43,600 bases of DNA from a virus (lineage: Duplodnaviria; Heunggongvirae; Uroviricota; Caudoviricetes), in the IMG/VR virus record IMGVR_UViG_3300033143_002710. One strand, written 5' to 3'. The stretch's first letter is position 1. Each line of letters starts with the position of its first letter. Of this stretch, positions 16,140 through 24,544 are shown one piece after another. The translations under genes were made by a program, and so were the position numbers. The notes beneath the pieces were generated by a model that saw only the letters and a list, made by a program, of their open reading frames with translations, did not search any database and was not told where the DNA came from.

Positions 16140-16565
16140 TTGTCCCCGGCTTTTGGTGACAAGGCAGCTTCCAATTGGAAAGCTGGCCGGGGCCTCGAAG
16201 GATTAAGCTGCCATCGCTAGAGGCTGGAACGAATCCATACCTACAAACTCTGACATATCTGCTTCTTCCTCGACAAACTGTTCGTTTGCTTTTACTTTAG
16301 AGGCGGTTACGCCGCTTACGCGAGTCGTCTTCCGTGATTCCGTATACCATGTCGAAACCGATCACCCCCATCAAAAACTGTCTGTCCGGATTTCGGGTCA
16401 ATTGGCAGCGACCCTATCCTGTTGCTGCTTCTATTGCTTCAACCTTGCCAAAGATGAAACTCAAAGTGACTAACTCGACAAACAGCTTATGGTGGAGGTG
16501 GCGGGAATCGAACCCGCGTCCACAATACCTACTAACACAGCCTCAAACGACCATAAGTTTCCAAC
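16140..16565 (-). ncRNA. ssrA: Circularly permuted (two-piece) tmRNA gene
   Basis: Acceptor piece ends GGAC-GCGGG-TTCGATT-CCCGC-CACCTCC-A-CCA at 16490. Coding piece starts GGGGGTG-ATCGGTTTCGAC at 16369, downstream of that CCA. 7-bp acceptor stem with G3.U70; helix-2 pairings CACGG/CTGTG and AGACGAC/GTCGTTT; tag ORF 16289-16203. Outer ends approximate. Confidence 0.93.
16203..16289 (-). other. tmRNA tag reading frame ANEQFVEEEADMSEFVGMDSFQPLAMAA*
   Basis: Resume codon GCA preceded by GTAAAA (UA at -5/-4); starts AN, ends LAMAA-TAA like SsrA degrons. Confidence 0.88.
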
Positions 16566-16571
16566 GAATTC

Positions 16572-16600
16572 ATTCTTACATATTGCGAGTGAGTTTACAA
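16572..16600 (-). promoter_or_regulatory. Candidate tmRNA promoter
   Basis: TTGTAA-N17-AAGAAT with TG at -15/-14; start near 16565 gives a ~76-nt acceptor piece. Confidence 0.5.
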
Positions 16601-16774
16601 CCCACAAGTGTGTTTGTCCTTTCGACGCGCCCCACAGAGAATACAACCGTTGCTTCCAAGGCAACCGCGATTTTCTCTGTTGACGGAGGCTCTCAGCTTT
16701 CGAAGTCTGGTAATTTCACCCGCGTAATATTCCGGATCAATCTTTACCATTTTAATTAGGTCTTTATTTGCCAT
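16595..16774 (-). CDS. small basic protein with C-terminal CxxC
   Basis: Start MANKD; CILCG...HTC. Confidence 0.5.
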   Translation of the reverse strand: MANKDLIKMVKIDPEYYAGEITRLRKLRASVNRENRGCLGSNGCILCGARRKDKHTCGL

Positions 16775-17156
16775 TTGCACCAAACTCCTGCCAATCCTCA
16801 ACCGTCTGCTTGATGTAGGCCGTGTCGTGGTTAGGCATTTGCTTTTGGAATATCAAAAGATGTTTCGCGCACAGAGACATCGCACCTGTCTGACCATGCT
16901 CGTCTGGCTCGACCTCAGTCACTACGAAAACCGGCACGGCCGCGCATCGCACTGACGTATGACATGAGCCGCCAATTGTAAATGGATTGTATTTTTCTAT
17001 ATCCGTTTGGCACTGCTCAATATCAACAGGTTCCAGTGGCGATATCGCATCTTTCGACGGATAGATGTGACCATTCGCACACCTGTCATTTCCATTAGGT
17101 CGTCTTTCTCTGCTGACGCCTTCGGTCTTACAAGTTGGGCATAATCCGTAACTCAT
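16764..17156 (-). CDS. Cys-rich hypothetical protein
   Basis: YGLCPTC...RERRPNGNDRCANGH; AAGGAG SD. Confidence 0.7.
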   Translation of the reverse strand: MSYGLCPTCKTEGVSRERRPNGNDRCANGHIYPSKDAISPLEPVDIEQCQTDIEKYNPFTIGGSCHTSVRCAAVPVFVVTEVEPDEHGQTGAMSLCAKHLLIFQKQMPNHDTAYIKQTVEDWQEFGANGK

Positions 17157-17157
17157 T

Positions 17158-17379
17158 TTACTCTCCTTGATTTGCCGTGCTTTCAACCGTTGTTTCACCG
17201 AATTTTATGATGCCGTGAAACTGTGGTCCGAATCGTCGCCAAAAGCCGAAACGATTGCGACGGACAGTTCTGAAGAATCCAGTGACCCCACCGTCCATAC
17301 GGTTAGCTATCTGGTTTTTATTTAACCATGACGCTTTGCATGGGCCTTCGTGACCTTTCACTTCACTATAGAAAATCAT
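17158..17379 (-). CDS. hypothetical protein
   Basis: ATGA-coupled. Confidence 0.6.
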   Translation of the reverse strand: MIFYSEVKGHEGPCKASWLNKNQIANRMDGGVTGFFRTVRRNRFGFWRRFGPQFHGIIKFGETTVESTANQGE

Positions 17380-17516
17380 CGCTTGACAGCCTTCTTTTCG
17401 CCACACTTTTTACAGACGTAGGTGCTTGACCCCTTTGTGTATCCAAGATAGAAGGCCAGTGCAAGTAGAAAACATATTTGCAGAAGAATTCCAACCATGC
17501 CTGCCGCGTTACTCAT
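17376..17516 (-). CDS. small TM + CxxC protein (46 aa, not in ORF track)
   Basis: MSNAAGMVGILLQICFLLALAFYLG...CKKCG. Confidence 0.6.
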   Translation of the reverse strand: MSNAAGMVGILLQICFLLALAFYLGYTKGSSTYVCKKCGEKKAVKR

Positions 17517-17605
17517 GCCGGTAACCATACGAGCATCGATTCGCCCTCGACAAGATCATCTTCATGCGGCGAGTAGTTGCAAGGCTTGCATACGTAGGTA
17601 GTCAT
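17513..17605 (-). CDS. 30-aa CxxC peptide
   Basis: ATGA coupling on both sides; GGAGG SD. Confidence 0.45.
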   Translation of the reverse strand: MTTYVCKPCNYSPHEDDLVEGESMLVWLPA

Positions 17606-17985
17606 GCATCGCCTCCGGTCGCTCTGCCATTCAAATACATAACCATAGCGTTGGCGAACTTGCCCTTCTTGTAGTCCCAAACATTGTGTGTGCCGTGACC
17701 TTTTGTCTCGTGATATACACAATCTTTGTAGTCCATCCATACGGAATGATCCTTCATATCCTTCATAAACTGAAGAATAAGAAGGTCGTCATTGGCGTCT
17801 ACCCAGGGGTCGAAATTCAATTCGCGTGACCATGATTTCTTCACGGAATTATTTGCGGGAGATATCCAAACAGACTCACCATGAACCGCATCTGGTACGC
17901 CTAGTTCTTGAAGGCCCTCCAGCGTATCTATTTCAACCCAGCCCAAATATTTTGCAAGCCTTCTGCACTCAATTTCCTTAATCAT
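17602..17985 (-). CDS. hypothetical protein
   Basis: ORF; shares FDPxxDxNDD-like motif with 17978-18304. Confidence 0.7.
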   Translation of the reverse strand: MIKEIECRRLAKYLGWVEIDTLEGLQELGVPDAVHGESVWISPANNSVKKSWSRELNFDPWVDANDDLLILQFMKDMKDHSVWMDYKDCVYHETKGHGTHNVWDYKKGKFANAMVMYLNGRATGGDA

Positions 17986-18304
17986 TATCTACGACCTCCA
18001 GATATGCACTCATGTAGTCGCCGGTTTCATACATTCCGAATATGAATGTGTTTCTTTTTGAAAACGAACTTTCTTCAAGCCTGACAGTCCATATTTTATG
18101 AAGAGTCTTGCAGAATTTTCGAAACTGATCTCGCCTCCACTCTTTCGCTCTTCTCAGACAGTAGTAGTCGTCCATTTCGTTATTTGCAGGGTCAAAGATT
18201 GGTATGTCGAAGTTTGGAGCAAAGAAGCCTTCTTCTTTACCTATATGGTGCGCTATATTTCTTCTAGCAGCCTCCATACCCGCTCTTTCAATTAGATTCG
18301 GCAT
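17978..18304 (-). CDS. hypothetical protein
   Basis: GGAGGG SD; FDPANNEMDD motif. Confidence 0.7.
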   Translation of the reverse strand: MPNLIERAGMEAARRNIAHHIGKEEGFFAPNFDIPIFDPANNEMDDYYCLRRAKEWRRDQFRKFCKTLHKIWTVRLEESSFSKRNTFIFGMYETGDYMSAYLEVVDND

Positions 18305-18385
18305 TTTCCCTCCTTTGCTTGAATTTTTTCAACAAAGCAAGTGCGCCTATTACCAGTGCATAGGTCAACTCCGTTGCGCACATAT

Positions 18386-18934
18386 TCACAATGTGTACCA
18401 ACCGTTTGCCAGACCAACCTGGAGACAGCGCATCATTCGATCCGTATCGTATGATGCGGCGTGAGCGGCTTCTGGATCATATGACACACCACAGGCAAAG
18501 CATAGCTCGCCCAGGTTTGGCAACTTGCCAATGGCGGTCGCCCACCTTCCATTCTCCATCGTACAGAACAGTTGCGGTGAGCCTGCAACATCTTTGCTTA
18601 TTCGCTCCAACTCACTTGCGAGAAACGGCCCATCGAATCCCATGTTGTGAGCAACCAAAATATCAGTGCCCTCAATGAACTTCAATATCTCGTCGGCTAT
18701 GTCCTCGAAGTAAGCCTCGTCTTCCAGCATATCGTTTGTGATATGGTGTACAGCCGTTGCGCCAGGTTGTATGGTTCTGCGCGGGTTGACTCTTCTGTCA
18801 TAAATATCCCACGTTGGGCTGACAGGCGTACCCCACTTATCGGTGTCGGCTCTTACCATACTGATCTCGATGATTCGCTCACCCTTTGAATGATCAATGC
18901 CTGTGGTTTCCAGATCGATGCCTGTCAATATCAT
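18386..18934 (-). CDS. DEDDh 3'-5' exonuclease (Pol III epsilon-like)
   Basis: DLETTG, AHNMGFD, HAASYD. Confidence 0.92.
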   Translation of the reverse strand: MILTGIDLETTGIDHSKGERIIEISMVRADTDKWGTPVSPTWDIYDRRVNPRRTIQPGATAVHHITNDMLEDEAYFEDIADEILKFIEGTDILVAHNMGFDGPFLASELERISKDVAGSPQLFCTMENGRWATAIGKLPNLGELCFACGVSYDPEAAHAASYDTDRMMRCLQVGLANGWYTL

Positions 18935-19254
18935 TTCTTGTCTCCCAGAAACCCGGCTAACAAATCTTTTAGATGCTCTGGTACATGACCACCTCTTGCG
19001 TCACGGACCTCCTTTAACATTTCGACCAATATGTGGTTCATCGCTATTGAACGAAAACGCATGACGCCTGTCATCATCGTACTCTGTATTGCGAAGACCA
19101 TCAAAACGATAGGTCCGAAAGCGGTGACTGTCATTATCAGCTTTCCGGATGACACCGCAATATACGACAGCAAACAACCTATACATACGGAAATTACCAC
19201 CCCCAATTTCTCAGTAATTTGTAGATACTGCCACCCTAATCTTAGTGTTTTCAT
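18931..19254 (-). CDS. 2-TM membrane protein
   Basis: Two hydrophobic segments. Confidence 0.7.
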   Translation of the reverse strand: MKTLRLGWQYLQITEKLGVVISVCIGCLLSYIAVSSGKLIMTVTAFGPIVLMVFAIQSTMMTGVMRFRSIAMNHILVEMLKEVRDARGGHVPEHLKDLLAGFLGDKK

Positions 19255-19781
19255 AGTACGTCCGCCTCCTCAAGTCCATCAAGATCATCAACACCTTCTT
19301 CTTCGAGAAAACCGATGTCGTCGCCTGCTCGAATTGTTTTGGGTCTACCTCTGCGTTTACGAGCATCGCTTGTGTCGGCTGATGACGATGCTGTCGAAGA
19401 TTTTTCCTCCGATACAGTCACGCTTGTCTTTTCCAATACAGCCGTTTCGACTGGCCGCAATGGATCGCCAACAAGCCTTCTTGTCCATATTTCGAGAACA
19501 GTGTCTTTGTCGGCTTGACTCAATTCATCGAGGTCAAGTGTGATCTTCGACATAAAGCCGCCGCGCCTCATTATCTCGGTCAAATCAATGGAATAAATTT
19601 CCTTGATCTTGCCAATGAATTCGTAACCAACCTGGGCCAGTCCAACCTCGATGTTGAACATCTGGCTGGCAGATACGCCTAGCTTCTTGGCCATATCTGC
19701 GCCTGTCTGGTCAAAGTCGATGCGAACTTTCGCAAGCGCCCTTCCCAACTCAGTCTTTTTCCTTTTTGGCTTTTTGGACAC
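19251..19781 (-). CDS. XRE-family HTH regulator
   Basis: LGRALAKVR...GADMAKKLGVSASQMFNIEVG. Confidence 0.8.
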   Translation of the reverse strand: MSKKPKRKKTELGRALAKVRIDFDQTGADMAKKLGVSASQMFNIEVGLAQVGYEFIGKIKEIYSIDLTEIMRRGGFMSKITLDLDELSQADKDTVLEIWTRRLVGDPLRPVETAVLEKTSVTVSEEKSSTASSSADTSDARKRRGRPKTIRAGDDIGFLEEEGVDDLDGLEEADVL

Positions 19782-20017
19782 TACTGCCCTCCCTCTATTT
19801 TTAATCCGCTTTCCATCTCTGGCATCTCAGCAGATATTAGCTCAAATACTTCTCGTCCTACAAGTCCACTGACTGTCATAAACAACGCCTGTTGGCCTAT
19901 GAATAGCTGTGCGTCAGTTATCTCTCCAGCCTCGTGCTTTTCCAACAACCATACAGCCGTGTCGAGTGCTTTCCGCTCGATCTCTTCTCGTATGCTTGGG
20001 AACTCAGACTTAGGCAT
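19781..20017 (-). CDS. hypothetical protein
   Basis: Start MPKSE; TAATG/overlap coupling. Confidence 0.65.
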   Translation of the reverse strand: MPKSEFPSIREEIERKALDTAVWLLEKHEAGEITDAQLFIGQQALFMTVSGLVGREVFELISAEMPEMESGLKIEGGQ

Positions 20018-20675
20018 TGATAAAGTCCTTGCCTTTAATCTTTGTGATGACGCGAGAGCCGAATCGATTACGTAACTCCACTTGCGGTCGTGCCACAAAA
20101 CCCTCGAGCGGTAGGCGTGTCGATGACAGCAGAGACTCACAGGCTGGATATTCTTTCAGCTTTTTGTAGCCGTTCATCAACGTGTTCGTGAAGATGACAG
20201 GCACACAAGGAATGCCAAGTTGATGAGCGATATCCTCTACACTAGATCGCTCAAGCCATATTCCTAATGGATGATTCTCGCAAGGCTCCACGAACACATC
20301 GAACAGAATGAACCTTTGCTCGTCGCCATATAGCTTTGACATCTTCTGAATCTTGCCGCCGAACCCTTCGCCAATGAGAGTAATGCTACCAGCACCTTGA
20401 AAGACTGAGCTTAGCCTGGCGTCGGTGAAATGATCCTGCAAGTGTATAAGCAACTGCCCTGGAAGCTGCGCTCTATCACTACGACCGCCAAAGCGAACGC
20501 CATTACCATCCCAGCCGATACGAATGTTTGTACCGTCGACCTTCTCTGTGAAGTCCCACGGAACATTCTGGAGAATTTCGAACGCTGGATCGCTGAACTT
20601 ACCTTCTATAAAGGACTTGTAGTTATTCTCCGGGTCGCGATAAAATATCGACTGGATTTTATGATACGTCTGCAT
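20010..20675 (-). CDS. ATP-dependent RNA ligase (Rnl2-like nucleotidyltransferase)
   Basis: EKVDGTN (I), IGEGFG (III), FILFDV (IIIa), EGFV (IV), KIKGKDF (V). Confidence 0.85.
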   Translation of the reverse strand: MQTYHKIQSIFYRDPENNYKSFIEGKFSDPAFEILQNVPWDFTEKVDGTNIRIGWDGNGVRFGGRSDRAQLPGQLLIHLQDHFTDARLSSVFQGAGSITLIGEGFGGKIQKMSKLYGDEQRFILFDVFVEPCENHPLGIWLERSSVEDIAHQLGIPCVPVIFTNTLMNGYKKLKEYPACESLLSSTRLPLEGFVARPQVELRNRFGSRVITKIKGKDFINA

Positions 20676-20734
20676 GGAATTTTCTCCGATAAAATTATCA
20701 CATTCTTGTGTGAATTATAGCAGAAAAAAAACGC

Positions 20735-21334
20735 TTAATGCTTTAGGGAAGAGGTGTTTTCGTAGGGAGACTCTTCTTCGTATATGTCGAACACAAACCC
20801 TTTTAAGGCGATCATACGCTTGTCCAACTCAACCATGTCTCGACGAACCGTAAACATCTTTGTGTCCGTAGTTTCGTTCACAAGCCTGGTGTGTATCAGA
20901 CCGTTTCCAAGGGCGCTTAGGTGTTCGTTTCTTGCCCCCGCTCTCAAAGGTTGAATGTGCATGATTACGGATAAATATCTCGAACAGATTCTACAGGCTT
21001 CCTCCCATAACTTCTCTGTTCTTTTTTCGTTTTCTTCCGATGGCTCATTGAACCAGGCGTAGTTGGAATAAAGCTCCGACATGATGTCGAGTGGTGTCAT
21101 ATCGGCAACAAACTTACTTTCGGCATTGGCGTATGTAGATTCCAACTGTGCCATAGCAATGTCATACTCCTTCATAACCCCATCGCCGGTTAGCCTTAAG
21201 CGAGTCATTTTGAGAAAATCTCCGATGGAGAATGTCAACAAAGAGCAATCCGTTTCTTTGGAGTAGGCAACAGCAAGATCACTCTTGCCAGTGCAGTCTA
21301 CTCCGCTTATTCCTACCCCCCTCATATTGGACAT
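20735..21334 (-). CDS. P-loop NTPase / nucleotide-kinase-like (AAA_28-like)
   Basis: GVDCTGKS Walker A; FVADMTPLD; start uncertain. Confidence 0.6.
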   Translation of the reverse strand: MSNMRGVGISGVDCTGKSDLAVAYSKETDCSLLTFSIGDFLKMTRLRLTGDGVMKEYDIAMAQLESTYANAESKFVADMTPLDIMSELYSNYAWFNEPSEENEKRTEKLWEEACRICSRYLSVIMHIQPLRAGARNEHLSALGNGLIHTRLVNETTDTKMFTVRRDMVELDKRMIALKGFVFDIYEEESPYENTSSLKH

Positions 21335-23664
21335 GCTCCGGTCGAACACTGTAAGGTTTCCATATCCACATCTTCCGCCAACTCTTCGCTTAAATTAACG
21401 GCTTCCAAGATGCGCTCGTACTCTTCCTTGGTGATGGGCGACTCAGGTAGATACTCGTAGATGTTGGCCGAATCCGGATTCTCAGGCATGATTGTGCAGC
21501 ACTTGATATGCGGCTGATAATGCTTGAGCGTTTCCACATACTCTTCGAACGAAACCTTGCGAGTGTCCAGCTTCAAAGTGTATGAAATTTGATTACCCGT
21601 ACCAGTTTCGCCTAACCAGTATTTCTCCAGCAACCTTATCCATTCGTATTGATCGGCTGGCGTTGCCTCTGGTGCTGTTACAATTTCGTTAGGATCATCA
21701 ACGAGGCGACATATCTCAGGCTTTGTTGGGAAGCCAACGATTGTTGTACCACCATACGTCCTGAGTTCGCGAATTGGATAGCCCATGTCCTTGTACTTTA
21801 AGACAAGAGGGTCTTCGTTTATGAACTGCACCCACCGCATGTACTCTCGCATCGCCGGAAGATGTGCGCCTTCTGTCAGTCCAAATAATTTCGACGTTGT
21901 TCCTGCTGGCTTTATCGTGGTGTTGGTATGTGGAACCTCAACTCCCAACTCAAGCGCATACAGTATAGCCTCGTCATCAACGGCGGCTTTGAATCTGGCA
22001 ATCATGTTCCAGAACTCTGCCGATTTCTCCTCGTCCACCAGATCGTGCCAACCCAGGTTGAACCGCTTGAGTGCGTACTCATGGATACCCGTCATCGAAA
22101 CGCCAATGCGATTCGTTCGATCAACCTCACGCTTGTACAGGCTCTCCATCAGATTGACGCGCATTAAGAATCTCGTTGCCGTTCTGAATGCGTCTTCAGC
22201 CTCATCGTCTGAGTCTGCATGATAGGGCACCACATCTGCAAGCACACAGTATCCGCCCCACATCACCAACGGAATTTCACCGCACGGATTGACTATCATC
22301 TGGTAGTCTTTCTTCATTGCCTTTTGGACAATGCAAGACATCAAGTCCCTCGTTTCAATGTCGACCTGATATTTGGAGCCGTTCAGAACATCACCGTCAA
22401 GATAGACGCTGGAGTCACCCTTTTCTTCCAACTTATCCTGATTGATTAGACCAGGCTCGCCAGTCTTGTCGTTGTATGCGCTCTCTGTCGCAGCATCGAA
22501 TACCATGCGTGGATAGCCACCACGAAAGCCATTCTGAGAGAGCCTCTCCCAGAATTCGCTATCGACTGTTACTGAATTATTTGAAGACCACAGATGACCA
22601 CCTCGTTTGAGTTCTATGAACTCTAGGACACCCTTGTCTTTCCACGACTTAGTTGACATACGTGCCGCTCGACGAGCGCCTCCAACCAGTACACATTCTG
22701 ATAGGTAGTGATCGATAAACATTGTCGAGCGCCAAGGTCGCATGCCGCTGGCTCTGATCGCGGCCATCTTCTTAATAGCACCCATTAGAGGTCCAGGCCC
22801 AGACGCTGGTCGATGTTGCATTCCAGCGATTGCAGACCCTCGTGGCCTGACATCACTGAAATCAATAATCAAAACCTCATCTTGCTTCTTATTCCAGGCC
22901 ATGATTTCGATCTTCTCGATTGCTTTGGCCCAGCCTTCTCGAGTGTCAGGAACTTTGAAGTAAGTCTTTTCTGCGAACTTGTATAGATGCTCAGCCTCAG
23001 ACTTGGTGAGTTCGCTAATCTCTCCGCTCTCTGCGTCCTTATGATCGTGTTCAATAACGGGCACAACGATTGGCATTTTCGACCAGTCAACGACCATTAT
23101 GTCATCGTCGTATGACCTGCCAACTCCACTGCCGTTAAGTAGAAGATAGAAGGTTACGAAACTGGCGGCCGACGTAGAGCAATTTGTGAAGACCTCCATG
23201 TTTCTGTCTTTCTGAGTTTTGTCGCCGTGTTGCAAGTGTCGACCGCTGGTTAGAATCGTCGCCTTGCTGATGTGGTTTCTGACTCGCGCAAGCTCCTTCT
23301 TCTTGATCGCAGCGCCTGTCTTTTTTGAGAAAGCGGGCCGTCTGTCGAGGATTCCGACATTTCCAATAGCGACTCGCTCAGCGACTTCCGCCCAGGTTTC
23401 TTTCCTAATTCTTGCAGTAGCCTTGATGATGACATCGACCTTACCCCTTTCAACAGAACCTTCAACAGTGAATGACTCGTAAATATAGCCCTTTGATTTT
23501 GCCCACTCAGCAACAGCCTTATCCATGTCGTGATCGGAGTCCCAATCAATCGTGGCCTTTATGTTTTGCTTTCGTATGTACGGAGTGGTGATGTCCCTGT
23601 TTATCGTTCTGTTGGCTACCGCTTCGCCAATTCCTGGTGCGTATGATCTAGCTTCCTGAATCAC
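21322..23664 (-). CDS. nrdJ: class II (adenosylcobalamin-dependent) ribonucleotide reductase
   Basis: FTNCS, NPCGEI, GYCVL, TTIKPAGT, C-terminal CSTGACPI; no beta subunit in window. Confidence 0.88.
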   Translation of the reverse strand: MIQEARSYAPGIGEAVANRTINRDITTPYIRKQNIKATIDWDSDHDMDKAVAEWAKSKGYIYESFTVEGSVERGKVDVIIKATARIRKETWAEVAERVAIGNVGILDRRPAFSKKTGAAIKKKELARVRNHISKATILTSGRHLQHGDKTQKDRNMEVFTNCSTSAASFVTFYLLLNGSGVGRSYDDDIMVVDWSKMPIVVPVIEHDHKDAESGEISELTKSEAEHLYKFAEKTYFKVPDTREGWAKAIEKIEIMAWNKKQDEVLIIDFSDVRPRGSAIAGMQHRPASGPGPLMGAIKKMAAIRASGMRPWRSTMFIDHYLSECVLVGGARRAARMSTKSWKDKGVLEFIELKRGGHLWSSNNSVTVDSEFWERLSQNGFRGGYPRMVFDAATESAYNDKTGEPGLINQDKLEEKGDSSVYLDGDVLNGSKYQVDIETRDLMSCIVQKAMKKDYQMIVNPCGEIPLVMWGGYCVLADVVPYHADSDDEAEDAFRTATRFLMRVNLMESLYKREVDRTNRIGVSMTGIHEYALKRFNLGWHDLVDEEKSAEFWNMIARFKAAVDDEAILYALELGVEVPHTNTTIKPAGTTSKLFGLTEGAHLPAMREYMRWVQFINEDPLVLKYKDMGYPIRELRTYGGTTIVGFPTKPEICRLVDDPNEIVTAPEATPADQYEWIRLLEKYWLGETGTGNQISYTLKLDTRKVSFEEYVETLKHYQPHIKCCTIMPENPDSANIYEYLPESPITKEEYERILEAVNLSEELAEDVDMETLQCSTGACPI

Positions 23665-23674
23665 GTTTCTTGTC

Positions 23675-23703
23675 CTTATAGTTGTAATCGAAAAGACCTA
23701 CCA
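23675..23703 (-). promoter_or_regulatory. candidate nrdJ promoter (early-type -35)
   Basis: TGGTAG-N17-TATAAG. Confidence 0.4.
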
Positions 23704-23718
23704 GTCTATCAGAGTGAG

Positions 23719-24537
23719 TCATGCGAATGATCCCCAATCCTCATAAATCTCTTCCTGAGTTGGTGGCGGAATGTAAGTGTTTGGTTCTGGTGGTTTATCA
23801 CCTCCAATAGAAATTATGTTTCCGTGTTGACCTCTTACCGCCTCTCTCGTTGGTGTCTTTGTTGCGCTGATTGGTCGCTCAGTCATTACGCCGAACGGTT
23901 GCACATATTTTTTCGGAAAATACTTTTTCATGTAAGGCGTTGGATTGCAGATAATACTGGAGTGATCCATATTTTCTTGGTACGGCTGAATGTGTTGCGT
24001 AATGTAATCGGCCCTTGCTTGGTTGAAGGTTTCAAATTCTGGTTCACTCTTTAACCATGCGATAGGTTCGTCAAGCGAATCGGCATTACTTACGAAGTTT
24101 ATTGTCTCCGTCATTTCGTGCAGAATGGAGGCGTTCTCGTCAGCCTGTTCTTTGAACTTCTGATTAATATATTCGACGTAACTAGGTTTCTTGAGCATTG
24201 TCTCTATGCTATCGGAACCTATTCTATCCTCTTCTAATTCAAAACGACCTATTGAAAATGAACTTGAGATTAACTGCTCACCTAACTTTCGTGGAATCCC
24301 AAGGTCTTTTAGATACGTCTTGCCTGGCTCACCGCCATCTGGACAAACTGAACCGAGCATGGTCATTCTTTCACATCGAGCGGTTATCTTGACTACTGTT
24401 TCGTCTTTTTCAGGATTTTGATCTACACTTACGAATTTTTTTGCATGAGGACAATCAACACAAGACGGAGCTATTATATTGTTTATTCCTCTGATCGTTG
24501 AGTCGGTCTTGTACTCTATTTTTCCAGTTAATTTCAT
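23719..24537 (-). CDS. hypothetical protein (N-terminal Cys cluster)
   Basis: CVDC...C...C; ends YEDWGSFA. Confidence 0.75.
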   Translation of the reverse strand: MKLTGKIEYKTDSTIRGINNIIAPSCVDCPHAKKFVSVDQNPEKDETVVKITARCERMTMLGSVCPDGGEPGKTYLKDLGIPRKLGEQLISSSFSIGRFELEEDRIGSDSIETMLKKPSYVEYINQKFKEQADENASILHEMTETINFVSNADSLDEPIAWLKSEPEFETFNQARADYITQHIQPYQENMDHSSIICNPTPYMKKYFPKKYVQPFGVMTERPISATKTPTREAVRGQHGNIISIGGDKPPEPNTYIPPPTQEEIYEDWGSFA

Positions 24538-24544
24538 GCTGGAA

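Noticed and set aside
16490-16521. tRNA-Ala call from the T-arm and CCA
   Set aside because: No D/anticodon arms upstream; the complementary acceptor strand is downstream, which fits permuted tmRNA
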